From assembly GCA_965205425.1 (NCBI GenBank), contig CBDBGZ010000002.1:1-55019 (forward strand): DNA of 55,019 nucleotides, read 5' to 3'. The stretch is from Nitrosopumilus sp. GTDB taxonomy: Archaea; Thermoproteota; Nitrososphaeria; Nitrososphaerales; Nitrosopumilaceae. The stretch's first letter is position 1; each line of letters begins with the position of its first letter. A program made the translations under genes and the position numbers. Shown piece by piece: positions 1 to 9,929 of this stretch. A model generated the notes under the pieces. It did no database searches and was not told where the DNA came from. It saw only the letters and a list, made by a program, of their open reading frames with translations.

Positions 1-564
1 TTTTTTAGCATAATCTGAAAAAACTGTTTTTTCAATATCTCCTTTTGTTGGTAAATCTTTGATAATTTTTGATTGTAGGTGATAAATTCCGGCATTCATC
101 CATAAATCTGAAATTTCTTTTTTTTCTTTAAATTTTGTAATTTTGTCCTCATCTACTTCCAAAATCCCAAATTTTGTCCTCAATTCTACTGCAGCTATTG
201 CATTTTCAGTTTTTGATAGTTTTTTTAAATCAATATTTGTAATTGTGTCCCCGTTAATTACAAAAAATGTCTTGTCTTTGATCATTTTTGCAGCTTTCTT
301 AATTGCTCCGCCCGTACCTAGTGGAGATTTTTCAATAGAATAATTAATTTTTATTCCAATTTTTTTTATATCTAAATAATCTTCTATCATATCTTGTTTA
401 TACCCTGTACAAATTATAACTTCATCAATTCCAAATTTTTTAAGATATCTTAACTGCCATTCAATTATTGGTATATTTTTGATTGGTACTAGGGGTTTTG
501 GAACATAATCTGTAATCGGTCTTAATCTTTTACCTCTTCCTCCAGCTAAAATTATTGCTTTCAT
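1..564 (-). CDS. Nucleotidyltransferase (NDP-sugar synthase family), runs off the window edge
   Basis: Manual translation from the ATG at 564: MKAIILAGGRGKRLRPITDYVPKPLVPI...EKSPLGTGGAI...NGD; the start overlaps the upstream stop (TAATG). Confidence 0.9.
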   Translation of the reverse strand, partial: MKAIILAGGRGKRLRPITDYVPKPLVPIKNIPIIEWQLRYLKKFGIDEVIICTGYKQDMIEDYLDIKKIGIKINYSIEKSPLGTGGAIKKAAKMIKDKTFFVINGDTITNIDLKKLSKTENAIAAVELRTKFGILEVDEDKITKFKEKKEISDLWMNAGIYHLQSKIIKDLPTKGDIEKTVFSDYAKK

Positions 565-812
565 TATTTGTTGTCAGATTTTTTAGGTTTTATGTTTTCA
601 GATTCTACTAAATCTTCCATCTTTTTTGCAAATTCATTGTATATTTTTTCAAGATCTTTTAAAGGCATTTCAATTCCCAATAGTTTCATAGTTTTATTCC
701 AAGACTCGATATATTTTTCATCATCTAGTCCTTTTCCAAGAGTTTCAGCTATGGAATGGACTCCTTCTGTTTTACCTAGAGCATAAATTGCAATGTCTTT
801 GTCAGTTAACAT
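564..812 (-). CDS. Hypothetical protein (82 aa)
   Basis: ORF translationally coupled to the nucleotidyltransferase. Confidence 0.7.
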   Translation of the reverse strand: MLTDKDIAIYALGKTEGVHSIAETLGKGLDDEKYIESWNKTMKLLGIEMPLKDLEKIYNEFAKKMEDLVESENIKPKKSDNK

Positions 813-814
813 AA

Positions 815-940
815 TTATTCATTCTCCGTCAGATAGTAATGTAATTCTGTATAGCATTCTACACAATATTCTTCAAAATCTGTGTGATCACAATCATATA
901 CCTTATTCACATCATTTTCACATTTTGCACAAGTTGGCAT
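815..940 (-). CDS. 41-aa Cys-rich microprotein (putative zinc finger)
   Basis: Manual translation MPTCAKCENDVNKVYDCDHTDFEEYCVECYTELHYYLTENE; fills the gap between co-oriented genes. Confidence 0.7.
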   Translation of the reverse strand: MPTCAKCENDVNKVYDCDHTDFEEYCVECYTELHYYLTENE

Positions 941-951
941 GGTATTTTCAT

Positions 952-1341
952 TTAGGATTTTGCTATTTTGATGCCGCCTAAAGCCAATTGAATTGCGGCT
1001 GGAACAAACATCATTGCCATAGATGCTATTGGATCTCTATCTGAAGATTCTGCTGCAGGAGCAGGGTTTACTAAAACTACAATTCCTCCAATAATGATTA
1101 AGATCCCTGAGATGATTATTAAAATCCCTAATCCTTTTGAAGGTTCTTTTCTAGAAATGAAAAATGCAATTATTGGTAATACTAATGCCGGTCCACCAAG
1201 ACCCATACCTCTTTGCATATGATCAAGGGGTAAAAATCCATGATCACTATCTGATGACATTGCAACTGCTACATCGGCAGCATAAAGTGAAAGTAACCCT
1301 ACTGCAATTCCAGCAAGGATCAATGATGCAGTTAATGCCAT
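952..1341 (-). CDS. Hypothetical membrane protein
   Basis: About four hydrophobic segments. Confidence 0.75.
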   Translation of the reverse strand: MALTASLILAGIAVGLLSLYAADVAVAMSSDSDHGFLPLDHMQRGMGLGGPALVLPIIAFFISRKEPSKGLGILIIISGILIIIGGIVVLVNPAPAAESSDRDPIASMAMMFVPAAIQLALGGIKIAKS

Positions 1342-1375
1342 GAAAAATTTTCTTCTTCACAATTAATAAACCTAA

Positions 1376-2518
1376 TCAGATTGATTGTATTGCCGCCTTC
1401 TCTTTGAGGGCATTTAGTTTTTCAATCAACTGATCAATTGTTTCACCATTGCTCCCTACTAGGTTGAAATGACCTAATTTTCTTAGAGGTTTTGAAATTT
1501 TCTTTCCATACATTTTCAAATATACATTGTCAGTGGAAATTTCTAGAGGCTTATACTCACCTTGAAATTCTTTTGAGCCAAGTATATTGTACATTATTGT
1601 ATTGTAAACTAGTTTGGTACTGCCTAACTCCAAACCTAAAATTGCTCTAAGATGTTGTTCAAATTGTGATGTTTCACTTGATTGCAATGAATGGTGACCA
1701 GAGTTATGAACACGAGGTGCAATTTCATTAATTACTATGGAGTCATCTTGAGTAACAAACATTTCAATTCCAAATATTCCTGCCCCCTTTAGAACAGTCA
1801 TTGTTTTCTCAGCTATCCCCTCTGCTTTTTTTGTGACATCCTTAGAAACCCTGGCAGGAGCAATGGTTTCACGAAGAATATTCTCTTCATGAATATTTTC
1901 AACTAAAGGATATGTCTTGATTTGTCCTTTTGTGTTTCGAGAAGCAATTACAGACACCTCCATTTTAAAGGGAACAAATTTTTCTAACAATAATTTTTGT
2001 CCTTTGAAATAATCATATGCTATTTGAATATCATTTTCAGAATCAATTTTATAATTTCCTCTTCCATCATATGCATCTCTTCTAGCTTTTAGTAATGCAG
2101 GATATCCAAATTTTTGTAATGTGTTTTTTACATCCTCAATATCTTCAATTTTAACAAAATCTGGAATTGGAATATTATTTTCTTTCAAAAATGTTTTTTG
2201 CAAATATTTGTCTTGGATTATTCTTAACGTTTCAGGGGAAGGATTAATTTCTGCATTTTTTTCAACAGATTTTAAAACTTCACTATCTCCAGATTCTATT
2301 TCATATGTAATGATATCTGATTTTTGAGACAGTTCAATTATTGCATCTTTGTCTTTAAAATCAGCAATAATTTGTGTGGCTCCAACCTGTGCTGCAGGAC
2401 AATTCTCAGTAGGGTCTAATACAATGATTTCAGATATGTCCTCAGGTAGTTTTTTAGCAGCTTCTGCAATCATCATCCCTAATTGACCTCCACCAATAAT
2501 CCCCAAAATTTTTCCCAT
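1376..2518 (-). CDS. purK: N5-carboxyaminoimidazole ribonucleotide synthase
   Basis: GGGQLG, YDGRG and NEIAPRVHNSGH motifs; divergent from purE. Confidence 0.97.
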   Translation of the reverse strand: MGKILGIIGGGQLGMMIAEAAKKLPEDISEIIVLDPTENCPAAQVGATQIIADFKDKDAIIELSQKSDIITYEIESGDSEVLKSVEKNAEINPSPETLRIIQDKYLQKTFLKENNIPIPDFVKIEDIEDVKNTLQKFGYPALLKARRDAYDGRGNYKIDSENDIQIAYDYFKGQKLLLEKFVPFKMEVSVIASRNTKGQIKTYPLVENIHEENILRETIAPARVSKDVTKKAEGIAEKTMTVLKGAGIFGIEMFVTQDDSIVINEIAPRVHNSGHHSLQSSETSQFEQHLRAILGLELGSTKLVYNTIMYNILGSKEFQGEYKPLEISTDNVYLKMYGKKISKPLRKLGHFNLVGSNGETIDQLIEKLNALKEKAAIQSI

Positions 2519-2623
2519 ACTTCAAGGATATTTTTCGATTAAAAAAATCTAATGTCGATATACAAAACAGATCTGTATTTTTGTAATAGAATTGTTAATT
2601 ACTCTCTAGTTTTTTCTATTATC

Positions 2624-3199
2624 ATGGCATATTCTAAAAAACCCCTTGTTGGAATTATCATGGGATCTAGTTCAGATACTAGAATAATGCAAGGTGCTGC
2701 AGAAATTTTAGACGAGTATAAAATTAAACATGAAGATCAAATTGTATCTGCACATCGAACTCCTGCAAGATTAGCAGAATATGCAAAACATGCTGAAAAG
2801 ATGGGTTTCAAAATAATTATTGCAGGAGCTGGAGGAGCTGCCCACTTACCTGGAATGATTGCATCCCATACAACAATACCAGTAATTGGTGTACCAATCC
2901 TAGTATACAATGACAAACATCACAAAAAAACAGATACTGAAAAATTTTCAGCTTTTGGAGGTTTAGATTCATTATTATCAATAACTGAAATGCCTTCTGG
3001 TTCTCCTGTAGTTGCAGTTGGAGTAAACAAGGCAGGCAACGCAGGAATTTATGCTATGAAAATACTTGCAAATGAATTTCCAGATTTAAAAAAGAAGTTA
3101 AAACAACATAAATCAAATCAACATAATTCTGTTATGAAAGAATCAGATCAATTAAAAAAACAAGGCCTTTCAAAATTTGCAAAAAAGAAATTCAAATGA
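2624..3199 (+). CDS. purE: N5-CAIR mutase (start probably ATG 2624; track ORF opens at 2552)
   Basis: IIMGSSSD, SAHRTP and AGAGGAAHLPGMIAS motifs. Confidence 0.97.
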   Translation: MAYSKKPLVGIIMGSSSDTRIMQGAAEILDEYKIKHEDQIVSAHRTPARLAEYAKHAEKMGFKIIIAGAGGAAHLPGMIASHTTIPVIGVPILVYNDKHHKKTDTEKFSAFGGLDSLLSITEMPSGSPVVAVGVNKAGNAGIYAMKILANEFPDLKKKLKQHKSNQHNSVMKESDQLKKQGLSKFAKKKFK

Positions 3200-3200
3200 T

Positions 3201-4409
3201 CTAAGTTAACAAGGTAAATTGAATATTTTTCTTTTTTAATGAATCAATCAATAATTGAGCTTGTTCCATTCCCTGTGTTTCTAAACTTAATGTAACTCCT
3301 GCAGAACCTGCATTAATTTCAGAACTTAATCTGTCATGTACAACCTCTACAATATTTGCATTGGCTAGAGTAATTTCATCAACAATTTCTTTGAAAGCCC
3401 CTGGCCTATCAGGCAGTAAAATAGATAATTTTAGTAATCTTCCCATAGCTGCAAGACCTTTGTCTACAATTTGGCCTAAAAGATACATGTCTACATTACC
3501 ACCAGCCAAAACTGCAACTACTTTCTTCCCAACTGCAGGTTTTTTTGAAATTAAATATGCCAAACTTGAAGCACCAGCTGGTTCTACAACAAATTTCATT
3601 CGTTCCATTAATAGAAACATTGCTTTAGTAATTTCAACATCATCAACTAGAACTATTTCATCAATGAGTTCTTTGATTACGGTAAATGTTAATTGCCCAG
3701 GTACTTTAACAGAGATACCATCAGCTATAGTTCTATCTCCTCCACTTGAAGTAACAGAACCTTGTTTTACCGAATCATACATTGATGGGAATGATTTTGA
3801 TTGCACTCCTATAACTTTGATATTGGGATTTTTTTCTTTAATTGCAATTAATGTACCTGCAGCTAATCCCCCACCACCTATGGGCAAATAGATTTCATCT
3901 ACATCTGGCAAATCTTCTAGTATTTCTAGTCCAATTACACCTTGAGCTGCAATTATTTGGGGATCATCAAATGCATGTATCATTGTTGCACCTGTTTCTT
4001 TTGCTATTTCTTTAGCTTTTGATGAGGATTCATCATAATTTATGCCCTTTAAAATTACATTGGCCCCATAACCTCTAGTAGCAGCTACTTTTGCAGGAGA
4101 TGCATTTTTGGGCATTACAATAGTACAAGGAATTTTTTCTAAGGATGATGCAAATGCAACACCTTGCGCATGGTTACCAGCTGATGCTGCAACAACTCCC
4201 TGTTTTTTTTCTTCATCGGTTAATGATTTTATTTTAAAATAAGCTCCACGAATTTTGAATGAACCTGTCTTTTGTCTAAACTCTGCTTTTAGATATACAT
4301 CGGAGCCAGTTATCTCACTAAATGTGGGAGTATGTATCAGAGGTGTTTTTTTAATTTCATTTCCTCGTAATGCATTTGCAGCTAGTATGTCATCATATGT
4401 AGGGTTCAT
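3201..4409 (-). CDS. ilvA: Threonine ammonia-lyase with C-terminal ACT domain
   Basis: TGSFKIRGA PLP-lysine motif, SAGNHAQG, GGGGL, and DRPG ACT motif. Confidence 0.93.
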   Translation of the reverse strand: MNPTYDDILAANALRGNEIKKTPLIHTPTFSEITGSDVYLKAEFRQKTGSFKIRGAYFKIKSLTDEEKKQGVVAASAGNHAQGVAFASSLEKIPCTIVMPKNASPAKVAATRGYGANVILKGINYDESSSKAKEIAKETGATMIHAFDDPQIIAAQGVIGLEILEDLPDVDEIYLPIGGGGLAAGTLIAIKEKNPNIKVIGVQSKSFPSMYDSVKQGSVTSSGGDRTIADGISVKVPGQLTFTVIKELIDEIVLVDDVEITKAMFLLMERMKFVVEPAGASSLAYLISKKPAVGKKVVAVLAGGNVDMYLLGQIVDKGLAAMGRLLKLSILLPDRPGAFKEIVDEITLANANIVEVVHDRLSSEINAGSAGVTLSLETQGMEQAQLLIDSLKKKNIQFTLLT

Positions 4410-4522
4410 TGGAAATGATGCTAATGATTTGGTGTATTTTACTTCTTCTACAGAAAAGTTACATCATTAGTCAAATTTTATGTGTAAAATTTCAGGAATG
4501 CCTAAATACTTGGGAATTTTCA

Positions 4523-5533
4523 TGCTGTGTTTCCCAACATGACTAGTTGATCCAATTAATTTCATCACCCAAGCTTTAGATCAGAATATTCTGTATTATT
4601 CCATGAACAGAAACTGGAAAAATTACAACAAAACACTAGTTAGACGTGGAGAAATCATGTTGTCCTTTGACGCAATGGAATCATGGAGTATGGAACTAAA
4701 AGAGATGAATCACAAAAAGGAAGGTCATCGATTTGTCTATCCTGAATCCTTCATGGAGGCACTAGGATACTGTCATCTCTATTTGCATCTTCCATTCAGA
4801 CAAACAGAAGGTCTGATAAAATCACACCTCCAATCCAAAACAAAGACTCCCACATATTCTGCCATTTGGAAACGTGTCAACAAACTTGACATCAAGATGA
4901 ATCCAAAACTAGGAAAAGACATTGTCATTGCAATAGACTCAACTGGAATCAAGGTTGCAAACAGAGGTGAGTGGATGAGACAGAAATGGCAGAAGAGAAG
5001 AGGATTTCTTAAAATTCATGTGGCAGTAGATGTGAAATCTAAACAGATCACAGGGATTGATATTACAGATGACAAGTCACATGATTCAAAACATTTCATA
5101 TCGCTAGTTGAGCAATCAAAACAGTTTGGCAATGTCACTAAAACTTTGGCTGATGGTGCATATGATACAAAGGATAATTTTTCATATCTGTATTATGATA
5201 ATGATATTCTACCTGCAATTAAAACAAGAAAAAACTCATCAGTTGTAACTGATTGTTATCCTCGGAGAAAGTCCGTTTTGGCACAATTGTATAACTTGGA
5301 TCTATGGAAGCTCAGCGTAAGCTATGGGGATAGATGGATTGTAGAGGGAGTATTCTCTGTATTCAAAAGAATATTTGGAGAGCATGTGACATCGCACAAG
5401 AGAGAAAACATGATTCATGAATTGAAAATGAAAGTTTGTCTGTACAATAAAATGATTGCAATGCAATAGAATCAGAAATGATTTCAAAGCATCAAAGAGT
5501 GTTGATGGTTATTTGGGGTTGGGAAACAAAGTA
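4523..5533 (+). mobile_element. IS5-family (ISH1-like) insertion sequence, apparently intact
   Basis: Imperfect TIRs TGCTGTGTTTCCCAAC / GTTGGGAAACAAAGTA; 8-bp target duplication AATTTTCA at 4515-4522 and 5534-5541. Confidence 0.9.
4603..5469 (+). CDS. IS5-family DDE transposase
   Basis: IDSTG, KIHVAVD, ADGAYD and RWIVEGVFS motifs. Confidence 0.93.
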   Translation: MNRNWKNYNKTLVRRGEIMLSFDAMESWSMELKEMNHKKEGHRFVYPESFMEALGYCHLYLHLPFRQTEGLIKSHLQSKTKTPTYSAIWKRVNKLDIKMNPKLGKDIVIAIDSTGIKVANRGEWMRQKWQKRRGFLKIHVAVDVKSKQITGIDITDDKSHDSKHFISLVEQSKQFGNVTKTLADGAYDTKDNFSYLYYDNDILPAIKTRKNSSVVTDCYPRRKSVLAQLYNLDLWKLSVSYGDRWIVEGVFSVFKRIFGEHVTSHKRENMIHELKMKVCLYNKMIAMQ

Positions 5534-5614
5534 AATTTTCATTAAAATTATACACAGGGATCGGATCTCCCCTTTGAGATAATATCTCATTTTCCGGTTT
5601 CCTGGGTTTTATAA

Positions 5615-6454
5615 TTAAGATTGAATTACTGCTTCAAGTTCAGATAATCGATTTAAAATATTTTCTTTAGTAGAATCAGACATTTTTCTAGGATCAAACA
5701 CTCCTTCACGATTTTCATTTTTTATGAATTCTAAATCTAAGGATAACAAACATCCTTCTTCGCCCCCGACCAACTTAGGATCATCAATTAATACCGGGGA
5801 TGTTTGATATGTTTCTACCAATAGTGAATCAAGTTCAGAAAATAATTTAGTCTTTTTTTCAGATAGTTCTTGGAAATCAACTCCTGCATCTTTTTGTATT
5901 TCTGAAAATACTTTTTCTCTAAATTCATCATTTTCATAAAATACTTCAAATAATTTTTGATGATCAAAATCCTTGTACCCCATTTCTTTTAATTTATTCA
6001 AAACTATTTGATCACTATTATCTGAAAGTTGTTCTTGTTCATTTTTTGTTAAATCAACAATTTCAGATAGTTCTTTTTGGCAATCTATAACTCTTTGATC
6101 TGGTTTGTAATATAATAACACGTGAAACTGTAAAGATAAATGCCCTGAAATTAAATAATTCCCTTTTTTAATTTCAAACTTTGTAAAAATTCTCCTTACA
6201 TCTTGATTGTTTGTAATTGAAACATCTTGTAATGACCAATTTTTTAATGAATCATTAATTTTTTGGAAATAAGATGATACAAGTTTAGGATCAAATGTTT
6301 TTTGTTCAGTGATGGTAGAATCCCCCATCATCACTTTAACATTAATCATTTTTGTTAAATCAACCATTTTGGAAAGATAAGATTGTTGAATTTTCTCATT
6401 TTTTTCATTAAGCAATTGAATGAATTCATTAGATGATCTTGAACCTAATCTCAC
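5615..6454 (-). CDS. Hypothetical protein (279 aa)
   Basis: Long ORF; no motif recognised. Confidence 0.8.
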   Translation of the reverse strand: MRLGSRSSNEFIQLLNEKNEKIQQSYLSKMVDLTKMINVKVMMGDSTITEQKTFDPKLVSSYFQKINDSLKNWSLQDVSITNNQDVRRIFTKFEIKKGNYLISGHLSLQFHVLLYYKPDQRVIDCQKELSEIVDLTKNEQEQLSDNSDQIVLNKLKEMGYKDFDHQKLFEVFYENDEFREKVFSEIQKDAGVDFQELSEKKTKLFSELDSLLVETYQTSPVLIDDPKLVGGEEGCLLSLDLEFIKNENREGVFDPRKMSDSTKENILNRLSELEAVIQS

Positions 6455-6527
6455 ATGAAATATCGAGGAACTGCTCTCCTTAAACCTTCATGATTAAATC
6501 TAAATAGATTGAATCGTCGTTATAGGC

Positions 6528-6650
6528 ATGGAGTCATCCAAAATTGCTTGTGATAATTGTAATGAAGATATTACAGAGTATTATCATGGTGGGTATAAGG
6601 GAAAAAGAGGTAAATGCCCCAAATGTGGAGTAGATTTTCCCCTGGAATGA
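6528..6650 (+). CDS. 40-aa CPxCG-type zinc-finger microprotein
   Basis: Manual translation MESSKIACDNCNEDITEYYHGGYKGKRGKCPKCGVDFPLE; ends 8 nt before the cyclase gene. Confidence 0.75.
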   Translation: MESSKIACDNCNEDITEYYHGGYKGKRGKCPKCGVDFPLE

Positions 6651-6658
6651 GGTAAAAT

Positions 6659-7456
6659 ATGACTGAAGAAGAAAATGAACCAAATCAAGAATCTGAAAAA
6701 ACAGAGCAAGACAATATGGTTGTAGACATGTTACTTAGCAAGAATCAACAACAAACATTAGATTCCGAAACTATGATTTTAGAAACACAAAAACGTGTTT
6801 GGGCTGCCCTCAAAAAAGGTTATGAGTATTCAGGATTAATTGACGAGTCCGACGCATTTCTAAGAAAAAATGTTTTTTCAAAATTAGACATGGTTGTACT
6901 CTATGTAGATTTAGTTGGATCCACCACAATGACTTTAGAAATGCCTCCAGAAAAAATTGCGATTATTATTAGTTCATTTTCTCAAGAAATGGCAGCAGTG
7001 ATCAGACAACATCATGGTTATGTTTTAAAATTTGTAGGTGATGCCGTTATCGGGTATTTTGTAGGAGATAAAATGCAAACAGGAGATAATGCTGTAAATT
7101 GTGCAAAGTCAATGATTTCAATTATACAAAAAGGAATCAACCCAATTCTAAATCAATATGATTATCCAGATTTAATGGTGAAAATTGGAGTAGATTTTGG
7201 TCAAAATATTGTAGTAAGGTATGGCGCAGATGTTGAAAACTCTCATGTAGATTTAATGGGACCTGCTATGAACATTGCAGCAAAAATTCAAAACATGGCA
7301 AAACCAAATCAAATTTTGATTGGTAGTGATGTATACCAAAGATTACACCCTAGTTCTCAAAAAGATTCTTCACAAGTAATTTGGACTAAAGATGAATGGA
7401 AGTATCGTTCTAGAACTACCGGTGAAACCTACAATGTATATGAATTCAAAGGATGA
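6659..7456 (+). CDS. Class III adenylate/guanylate cyclase
   Basis: YVDLVGST, KFVGDAV and GPAMNIAAKIQ motifs. Confidence 0.92.
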   Translation: MTEEENEPNQESEKTEQDNMVVDMLLSKNQQQTLDSETMILETQKRVWAALKKGYEYSGLIDESDAFLRKNVFSKLDMVVLYVDLVGSTTMTLEMPPEKIAIIISSFSQEMAAVIRQHHGYVLKFVGDAVIGYFVGDKMQTGDNAVNCAKSMISIIQKGINPILNQYDYPDLMVKIGVDFGQNIVVRYGADVENSHVDLMGPAMNIAAKIQNMAKPNQILIGSDVYQRLHPSSQKDSSQVIWTKDEWKYRSRTTGETYNVYEFKG

Positions 7457-7471
7457 ACATCAATAATATTT

Positions 7472-7618
7472 TTAAACTGTAAAATTATCTGGACATTCTA
7501 CATGCTCATAATGATGCTCTGTAAATTTTTCTTGAACAACATAAATTACAATTTTGTGAAGATCTTTCTCTCCAATATCTTTTTTACATTTTAAACATGC
7601 TTTTTTTGATGCGTCCAT
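7472..7618 (-). CDS. 48-aa putative metal-binding microprotein
   Basis: Manual translation MDASKKACLKCKKDIGEKDLHKIVIYVVQEKFTEHHYEHVECPDNFTV (CxxC...HxxC). Confidence 0.65.
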   Translation of the reverse strand: MDASKKACLKCKKDIGEKDLHKIVIYVVQEKFTEHHYEHVECPDNFTV

Positions 7619-7746
7619 GTGTATCAGCGATCCAAAGTGGGAATCTATAAGGATCTGCGATCAGCTCAAGTTGAGCTAAAACGACCGACATTTAGCTTCA
7701 TTGTTTATCAAATGACTAAAGCAAGCCACAAATATAGCAAATATGG

Positions 7747-8127
7747 ATGATAATTATGGATAATATGGTAGCAAATCACCTGCGTGACTTGTATGGATTA
7801 AATCCAAACATACCACACATAGCATTCCAATTCCCAAGATTGCCTCCAGGATTATCAAACCCAATGTTCAAAAATCATGAAAATCCAATGAAAGAACAAT
7901 TTTTGAAAAATGCTGAAACAATAAATCAAAAATTGCAAGGATTTCAGCACATGTATCAACAATATGCGGCAGGTTTACTTTCAATGAATTCTACTGTAAT
8001 CCCACCAGGACATCCAGCATACACAAGACAGAATTCCATAGAAACACTCCAAACGGAAAATGATAAGCTGATAAAAGAAAACTTGGAATTAAAGAAAAAA
8101 TTAGAAAAAGAATCAAATTCTAAATAA
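7747..8127 (+). CDS. Hypothetical protein with C-terminal coiled coil
   Basis: ORF track; heptad-like C-terminus. Confidence 0.7.
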   Translation: MIIMDNMVANHLRDLYGLNPNIPHIAFQFPRLPPGLSNPMFKNHENPMKEQFLKNAETINQKLQGFQHMYQQYAAGLLSMNSTVIPPGHPAYTRQNSIETLQTENDKLIKENLELKKKLEKESNSK

Positions 8128-8186
8128 TAACTTCTAGTTCTAAAAATTACAATTAGACAACATCCTTATTAATTTGAAAAATTAGT

Positions 8187-8579
8187 TTGATCATGGTAAA
8201 AACTCCTGCAGAGAAATGGAAAGATACAGTAATAAAATATAGAAAACAATGTCAGAAAATTTTAGAAATCTCCAATAATATCAGATATGCAGGAGTGGTA
8301 AATGCATATGGTAGAACGTTAACTGGAATGATCAAACCAACTCTAAAACCATTATTACAATCAGAGGATTTCAAAAATGAGTTATTTGTAATTTCTACCT
8401 TAATTTCATTAAGGAAAGACACTGTTGGAACTGTTGGAAAATTAGAACATGTAGTTTTACAACATCAAAAAATTACAATTGTAATTTTACATAAAAACAA
8501 TGTGACATACTATGTCTCAATAAATAAAAAAGAAAAAGGCTTAGAGAAGATTGTTTCTTTAATTAAAAAGACAATCTAA
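8187..8579 (+). CDS. Roadblock-like thaumarchaeal protein
   Basis: IRYAGVVNAYGR pattern typical of this family. Confidence 0.6.
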   Translation: MIMVKTPAEKWKDTVIKYRKQCQKILEISNNIRYAGVVNAYGRTLTGMIKPTLKPLLQSEDFKNELFVISTLISLRKDTVGTVGKLEHVVLQHQKITIVILHKNNVTYYVSINKKEKGLEKIVSLIKKTI

Positions 8580-8989
8580 GCTGGTGTAAATCCTTGATAT
8601 CCGCCAGTTTGTCGATCTTTATCTTCGAAAATAGGTTCAAATAATGAAATAAGATAACCGTCAGGATCCAACACTATTGCATTTTTTCCTGCATCTTTTT
8701 CAACTATATCACGATGAATTGTGACACCTTTTTCTTTTAGTTCATCAACGGCAGATTGTACATCGCCAACAAGAAATCCAATAGTAATCCCATTATCAAT
8801 AGAATCGCCAATATGTTGTGCTGTTAACGATGCTGGATGTAAACTCAATAAAGCACCAGAAGTACCCAAATCAACCCATGATCTTCTTTGATTTTTAATT
8901 GGAAGACCAATGATTTCATGGTAAAATTGTAGGGATTTATCAATGTCTTTAACTGCTAAAATTACATTGCCCACTTTTTTGATGTTCAC
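8576..8989 (-). CDS. VOC/glyoxalase family protein
   Basis: LAVKDIDKSLQFY and DPDGYLI motifs. Confidence 0.9.
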   Translation of the reverse strand: MNIKKVGNVILAVKDIDKSLQFYHEIIGLPIKNQRRSWVDLGTSGALLSLHPASLTAQHIGDSIDNGITIGFLVGDVQSAVDELKEKGVTIHRDIVEKDAGKNAIVLDPDGYLISLFEPIFEDKDRQTGGYQGFTPA

Positions 8990-9025
8990 AGATATACTAG
9001 CTAGAAGTTCTTTAAATCCATTGCG

Positions 9026-9244
9026 TCATTGCACTTCAACCATAGTTTCGGTTCTATCAACCCCACTAATTTTCTGAATTTGGTTTGCTACTTCTTTAAT
9101 CTGGATTAGTTCTTTGACATCAATTATTGCAACTGCGTCAAATTGCCCACTAGTTGGAAATGAATCTGCAACAGATGTAATTTTTCTCAATCTTGCAGCA
9201 ATGAGTTTTTTGGGAGACTTTACTAATATTATTGCTCTTACCAT
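9026..9244 (-). CDS. Stand-alone Lrp/AsnC ligand-binding domain
   Basis: TSGQFD and ISGVDRTET motifs; no HTH. Confidence 0.8.
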   Translation of the reverse strand: MVRAIILVKSPKKLIAARLRKITSVADSFPTSGQFDAVAIIDVKELIQIKEVANQIQKISGVDRTETMVEVQ

Positions 9245-9477
9245 CCCATATTTACCTCCACTTCAATCAATGTTTCAGTTGTAACAATGTCTTTGATCTT
9301 TTTAAAATCAATTACCATATTGTTAATTTCATCAATATTCCCTTGTAATAGAACACTAATGTCGGCCCTACCTGCTACTACCATAATCTGTTTTACTATC
9401 TTTCGTTTTTTCTTTAAAATTCCAACAACAGAATCTACCTTACCGGGTTTTACAGTAATTAAACATAAAGCTCGCAT
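9238..9477 (-). CDS. Stand-alone Lrp/AsnC ligand-binding domain
   Basis: LITVKPGK, VAGRADI and TTETLI motifs. Confidence 0.8.
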   Translation of the reverse strand: MRALCLITVKPGKVDSVVGILKKKRKIVKQIMVVAGRADISVLLQGNIDEINNMVIDFKKIKDIVTTETLIEVEVNMGW

Positions 9478-9511
9478 GAATAGTATACGTCACCGGATCG
9501 GATAAAGATTC

Positions 9512-9760
9512 CTAGTCAGATGCTTCTTGTGAACGGGCCTCTTCAAGATATGCTCGTCGTTCTTCATTGACTTGCTCTTGATCAATCTCAATATCATCAT
9601 CAACTATGACAATACCCATATCTCCTGATGGTTCATCTTTTACTTTTTTGGTTTTTGCTTTAGATTTGGCACCTTTAGCTTTTGTTATTTTAGCTTTAGA
9701 GGTAGTTTTTTTTGCAGGTGTTTTTTTTGTAGTTTTCTTTGCAGTTTTTTTCCCAGCCAT
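9512..9760 (-). CDS. Small protein with Lys/Ala/Thr-rich N-terminus and acidic C-terminus
   Basis: Composition: KKTAKKTTKKTPAKK...DDDIEIDQE. Confidence 0.75.
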   Translation of the reverse strand: MAGKKTAKKTTKKTPAKKTTSKAKITKAKGAKSKAKTKKVKDEPSGDMGIVIVDDDIEIDQEQVNEERRAYLEEARSQEASD

Positions 9761-9929
9761 GAATCTCGAAAATCAAGAGGTGGGGTGGTTTTTAAAGATT
9801 ATGCAGAATATGATTTAGATCTATATGTGAAAATATTATCGATCTAGTAGACCATCTGAGTCAAGAATTAACTCATGATGGGCTTTATCATTGAATAATT
9901 TGTACATGTTCTATTGGAGGTGAAAGGAC

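Noticed and set aside
3361..3891. Antisense ORFs over housekeeping genes (also 21943-22359, 15071-15439, 23697-24023 and others)
   Set aside because: These are shadow frames of well-supported genes on the opposite strand.
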